Position numbers and translations under genes: made by a program
Notes under the pieces: model-generated
Told to the model about the DNA's origin: nothing
Seen by the model: the letters and a program-made list of their open reading frames with translations, nothing else
Database searches by the model: none
IMG/VR virus record: IMGVR_UViG_3300048672_000430
Location: 1-64,000 of that record
Strand: one strand, 5' to 3'
Source of the DNA: a virus
Length of the DNA stretch: 64,000 nt
Shown: positions 60,867 to 64,000 of the stretch, in pieces
Numbering within the stretch: position 1 is the stretch's first letter
How the letters are laid out: each line of letters begins with the position of its first letter

Positions 60867-61545
60867 ACTACCTCACCATCTTACTGATGAAGAACTATTA
60901 GCATCATTAGAGAATGCAGAATCGATTAGTACCGACATTGAATGGACTAATGATATACCTCAGTTTTTATCACATTTTAAAATAAATCAAGGTGAATATG
61001 CGATTAAACGAAAGTTGTTATATCAACTATATCTAACGTATTCAAATGCACCATTAAGTATGTATTCATTTACAACCGAGATAACTCAGTTTTTAACTAC
61101 CGCTGGAGAACAATACTATAAGTCTGATATAAAACCAGAAGAAGTATTAAAAATAATAAAAAAAGATAAGGATAAGCATAGTAATAAAGTAGGTACAAAT
61201 TTAGGTATTCGTAAAAGGTTTGAGTCATTTGTTGAGAAGATTGAACTAAAAAAAGGTAAGGACTTGATACCAGCTTATTACATATACGAAATCTATAGAT
61301 GTTGGGCGATAGATAATAATATTAAAGCACGTATATCACACCGTAATTTTGTAACACTATGCTCGCTTTATTTTGAGAAACAACTAAGATATCATACAGA
61401 AGGAGCAATTTTCATTAAAATAGACAAAGAAATACTTTATCGTAAAGGTCATAAAACAATTATGTACCATTTAAAGCAAAGAATAAAAAAACAAAAGGAG
61501 TTATCTAAATGTCAAAGAAGAAAAAAACCAGTAGGCAGAGTTTGA
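60859..61545 (+). CDS. Hypothetical protein, possibly two winged-helix domains
   Basis: LLYQLYLTYS...SMYSF and YIYEIYRCWA...ISHRNF resemble D5/RFX-type winged helices. Confidence 0.4.
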   Translation: MSKLPHHLTDEELLASLENAESISTDIEWTNDIPQFLSHFKINQGEYAIKRKLLYQLYLTYSNAPLSMYSFTTEITQFLTTAGEQYYKSDIKPEEVLKIIKKDKDKHSNKVGTNLGIRKRFESFVEKIELKKGKDLIPAYYIYEIYRCWAIDNNIKARISHRNFVTLCSLYFEKQLRYHTEGAIFIKIDKEILYRKGHKTIMYHLKQRIKKQKELSKCQRRKKPVGRV

Positions 61546-61874
61546 AGTACCCGGCATTGAGTCCTCAACATAATCTACTAACTAGATTTGAAGAGATAGA
61601 GGATATAGCGAGTTACGCTAATACTTTAAATGAAGCAGATAAACAATGGTTAAATAGTTATTCTGAAGAAGAAATATGTGCTAATTTTGATCATAAAGGC
61701 CCTAAGTTAAATGATTCTAGTGATCCAGAGGTTAGAAGTAGAATATACGGAAAAAACAATGCTCGTAATAGATGTGTATTTTCTCGTGAGAAAGCACAGA
61801 ATTGTATGAATTATCTAGAAGACATGGATATCGACAGGGAATATGATGCCGAAAAAGAAGATGATTTTGAATAA
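61509..61874 (+). CDS. Hypothetical protein
   Basis: 121 aa, last gene before terminator; YGKNNARNR. Confidence 0.55.
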   Translation: MSKKKKTSRQSLKYPALSPQHNLLTRFEEIEDIASYANTLNEADKQWLNSYSEEEICANFDHKGPKLNDSSDPEVRSRIYGKNNARNRCVFSREKAQNCMNYLEDMDIDREYDAEKEDDFE

Positions 61875-61877
61875 GAA

Positions 61878-61904
61878 AAGGGCTCGAAAGAGTCCTTATT
61901 TGTT
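61878..61904 (+). terminator. Intrinsic terminator closing the plus-strand block
   Basis: AAGGGCTC-GAAA-GAGTCCTT then ATTTGTT. Confidence 0.7.
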
Positions 61905-61919
61905 GTAAATGTTTGTTTT

Positions 61920-61931
61920 TTAACAACTGTA
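61920..61931 (+). promoter_or_regulatory. Late promoter motif in plus orientation
   Basis: TTAACAACTGTA, 3 nt before the GIY-YIG ATG. Confidence 0.6.
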
Positions 61932-61934
61932 TAT

Positions 61935-62645
61935 ATGAACATCAAAACTGGTATTTATAAAATCCTAAACAAAATATCAAATAACTTTTATATTGGTTCA
62001 TCTAGTTCTAATTTGTCTGGAAGATGGTCAACACATAAGTATTACCTTAAAAAAGGTAAACATCATTCACAACCTTTACAGAGAGCATATAATAAATACG
62101 GTTTAGATGTTCTTGAATTTATAATAATTGAAGAATGTGAACCTGAAAAGTGTATAGAAAGAGAACAATATTATATAGATTTGTATGATCCTGAATATAA
62201 TTGTTGTAAAATAGCTGGCTCGACTAGAGGATTAAAGACCACTGAGAACCAGAAGGAAATAGCTAGAAGAGTCCATAAAAATAACACATATGTTAAGGGT
62301 AGGAAAATGACAAAGGAAGAAGTTATTAGACGACAAAATTCTAGGCGATTAAGTGGTAAAAATAAGCCGATGTTAGGAAAGACTCATTCAGAAGAAACAA
62401 AAAGGAAAATGTCAGAAAAAAGAAAGGGTGTTAAAAAACCACACGTTGCAGAAAGAGTTAGGGTTGAAGTTTACTGTGAAAATAATGGTAAATCTTATAA
62501 ATCAATAAATGATGCAATAGTAGATATACTAGAAACATACGGTAAAATATTACATAATCCCAATGTTTCGAACGTTGTAAATGGTAAAGCAAAACATACT
62601 AAAGGATTTAGATTTAAAAGACTAGAAAAAGGAACTGTAGTTTAA
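61935..62645 (+). CDS. Free-standing GIY-YIG homing endonuclease with NUMOD3
   Basis: GIYKI...FYIGSS, EREQYYID, PEYN, GKTHSEETKRKMSE. Confidence 0.9.
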   Translation: MNIKTGIYKILNKISNNFYIGSSSSNLSGRWSTHKYYLKKGKHHSQPLQRAYNKYGLDVLEFIIIEECEPEKCIEREQYYIDLYDPEYNCCKIAGSTRGLKTTENQKEIARRVHKNNTYVKGRKMTKEEVIRRQNSRRLSGKNKPMLGKTHSEETKRKMSEKRKGVKKPHVAERVRVEVYCENNGKSYKSINDAIVDILETYGKILHNPNVSNVVNGKAKHTKGFRFKRLEKGTVV

Positions 62646-63055
62646 TCTTCTTTTTTATCCTTAATATTATCATTGGCCGAGCCAAGGATCTTAATCAAGC
62701 TACCAAATAAATTTCTTTCTGATAAAACGTTTAAGTTCTCATATATACTGAGGGCTTCAACCGAACCTATTAGTCCACCAACTATACTAGTAATTGGTAT
62801 TGTTCCGCCAATCAAGTATGTCTCGATTAAGAAACCAGTTAGTACTGCTGTTTGATAAATAAGGGCTTTACTTATCGTTCTTCTAGCTGCCGCACTATTG
62901 GGTTTTTCACCACGTTTTTTAGCCGCAAGGATTCCTGTAATTAAATCGACAAATATAACCACACCAACTGTAATAATTGTTGCTTTTATTGGAGCAAATA
63001 CAGCAATTACACTAACTAATAAAGGATGCAGATATTCGGCAATTAATTTTTTCAT
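62642..63055 (-). CDS. Holin
   Basis: FVDLITGILAA, ARRTISK, EALSIYENL; three hydrophobic segments (holin 4-like). Confidence 0.75.
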   Translation of the reverse strand: MKKLIAEYLHPLLVSVIAVFAPIKATIITVGVVIFVDLITGILAAKKRGEKPNSAAARRTISKALIYQTAVLTGFLIETYLIGGTIPITSIVGGLIGSVEALSIYENLNVLSERNLFGSLIKILGSANDNIKDKKED

Positions 63056-63067
63056 TACATTGGTTTC

Positions 63068-64000
63068 CTATGGTTCTTCGGTTTGTATTTCATTCTCGTC
63101 TTTAACAAAAGCACGAGCCTTTGGATTTTGCATAATAGTAAATAATACTTGGTTTTTTCTATTTTGGTCTGGAAAGTTTAAAGCACTCTCTAAATCAACT
63201 CCATATCTACTTAATTCAGGAATTGATTTTAACTTCTGAGACAAGCTAAGAGTTGCTTCATGTGGGACATTATAGATACTATAAGCCACTTTACTAATAG
63301 GATTTGTTGGCGATTGTTGTATTTTTTTAGTCATCCCACCCATTCTACCAGCAAAATTTGCAGCACTTAACGATGTTGCTCTACCTGTTTCACCTAGCGG
63401 GGTAATTATGCTACCAAAAGTCTTTAACACACCAGTTTGAGGATCTAAAGAATCTATAGAATTTCTAGCTACAGCATCATCTGAATTTGTTTTAATTTCA
63501 TCTGCGATATCTTGTGCTGTTCTAGCAAATGCAGAATCGTTCTCTGTAATTAATCCTTTTGCTAATCTATCTGCTTCTTGTTGTTCAAATGTTTTTAATC
63601 CTTTAATCGTATTAACATAAGCTTCTCTAATTGGTTGCGTTGCAGATCCTTCTCTAGTTGTTCCTTGATTTAATCTTTTTAATTGAGTATATAATTTTAT
63701 ATCGTAATTATTCATGTCGGCTACTCTCTTTCCTTCAACACCAACAGGGGTAGAACCAGCTATAATAGTTTCTGGAACTAAATGACGAAATTGATTAAAT
63801 CTTTCAGCAGCAACACCATATTCAGGTATTGCAATTTTTAAAGTATTAGAGAACCTTTGTCTGGATTCTTTCAAGCTTGCTAGTATTCCTCTTTCCGCAG
63901 GAGTTATGTTTGTTGCGGATTCGAATTTACCTATATACGAATCCATATAATCGATTAAATCTTTTGCTTCTGTTGGTGTGACAACTTTTCCGCCATTTGC
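63068..64000 (-). CDS. C-terminal part of a large protein, probably internal virion protein; truncated
   Basis: Frame stays open from 63946 to 64000 (ANGGKVVTPTEAKDLIDY-M), so the true start lies outside the window. Confidence 0.5.
   Translation of the reverse strand, partial: ANGGKVVTPTEAKDLIDYMDSYIGKFESATNITPAERGILASLKESRQRFSNTLKIAIPEYGVAAERFNQFRHLVPETIIAGSTPVGVEGKRVADMNNYDIKLYTQLKRLNQGTTREGSATQPIREAYVNTIKGLKTFEQQEADRLAKGLITENDSAFARTAQDIADEIKTNSDDAVARNSIDSLDPQTGVLKTFGSIITPLGETGRATSLSAANFAGRMGGMTKKIQQSPTNPISKVAYSIYNVPHEATLSLSQKLKSIPELSRYGVDLESALNFPDQNRKNQVLFTIMQNPKARAFVKDENEIQTEEP

Noticed and set aside
27198-61926. Minus-strand ORFs inside the plus-strand block
   Set aside because: Antisense shadows of recognisable genes
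1-64000. Stop-codon reassignment, diversity-generating retroelement, or introns/inteins in core genes
   Set aside because: Core genes are intact and normal length in the standard code; no reverse transcriptase or template/variable repeat pair seen

Overview
AT-rich window from a tailed dsDNA phage, standard genetic code; no tRNA, rRNA, CRISPR array or integrase seen. Three blocks. (1) 1-22.6 kb, minus strand: virion and packaging genes (fibre proteins, major capsid, scaffold, putative internal virion proteins, portal, trypsin-like protease, terminase, M15 endolysin). (2) 23.2-62.6 kb, plus strand: early genes with a dispersed phiEco32-like peptide-ligase set, then nucleotide metabolism and replication (class II RNR, ThyX, ERF, primase-helicase, family B polymerase, C5 methyltransferase, dNMP kinase, dUTPase, HNH/GIY-YIG nucleases). 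(3) 62.6-64 kb, minus strand: holin and a truncated gene. Most unusual signals: a dispersed family of about 11 divergent microproteins sharing [IL]-x-Q...[YF]-x-F...K/R-I-I, interleaved with the ligase genes and with a similar motif at the N-terminus of one ligase; an array of seven sigma54-type -24/-12 boxes, six in head-to-head pairs, at the strand switch; a roughly 340-nt highly structured non-coding RNA candidate with a duplicated module showing compensatory base changes; and a phage-specific late-promoter-like motif TTAACAACT. All calls come from motif reading by eye; no database search or folding software was run.
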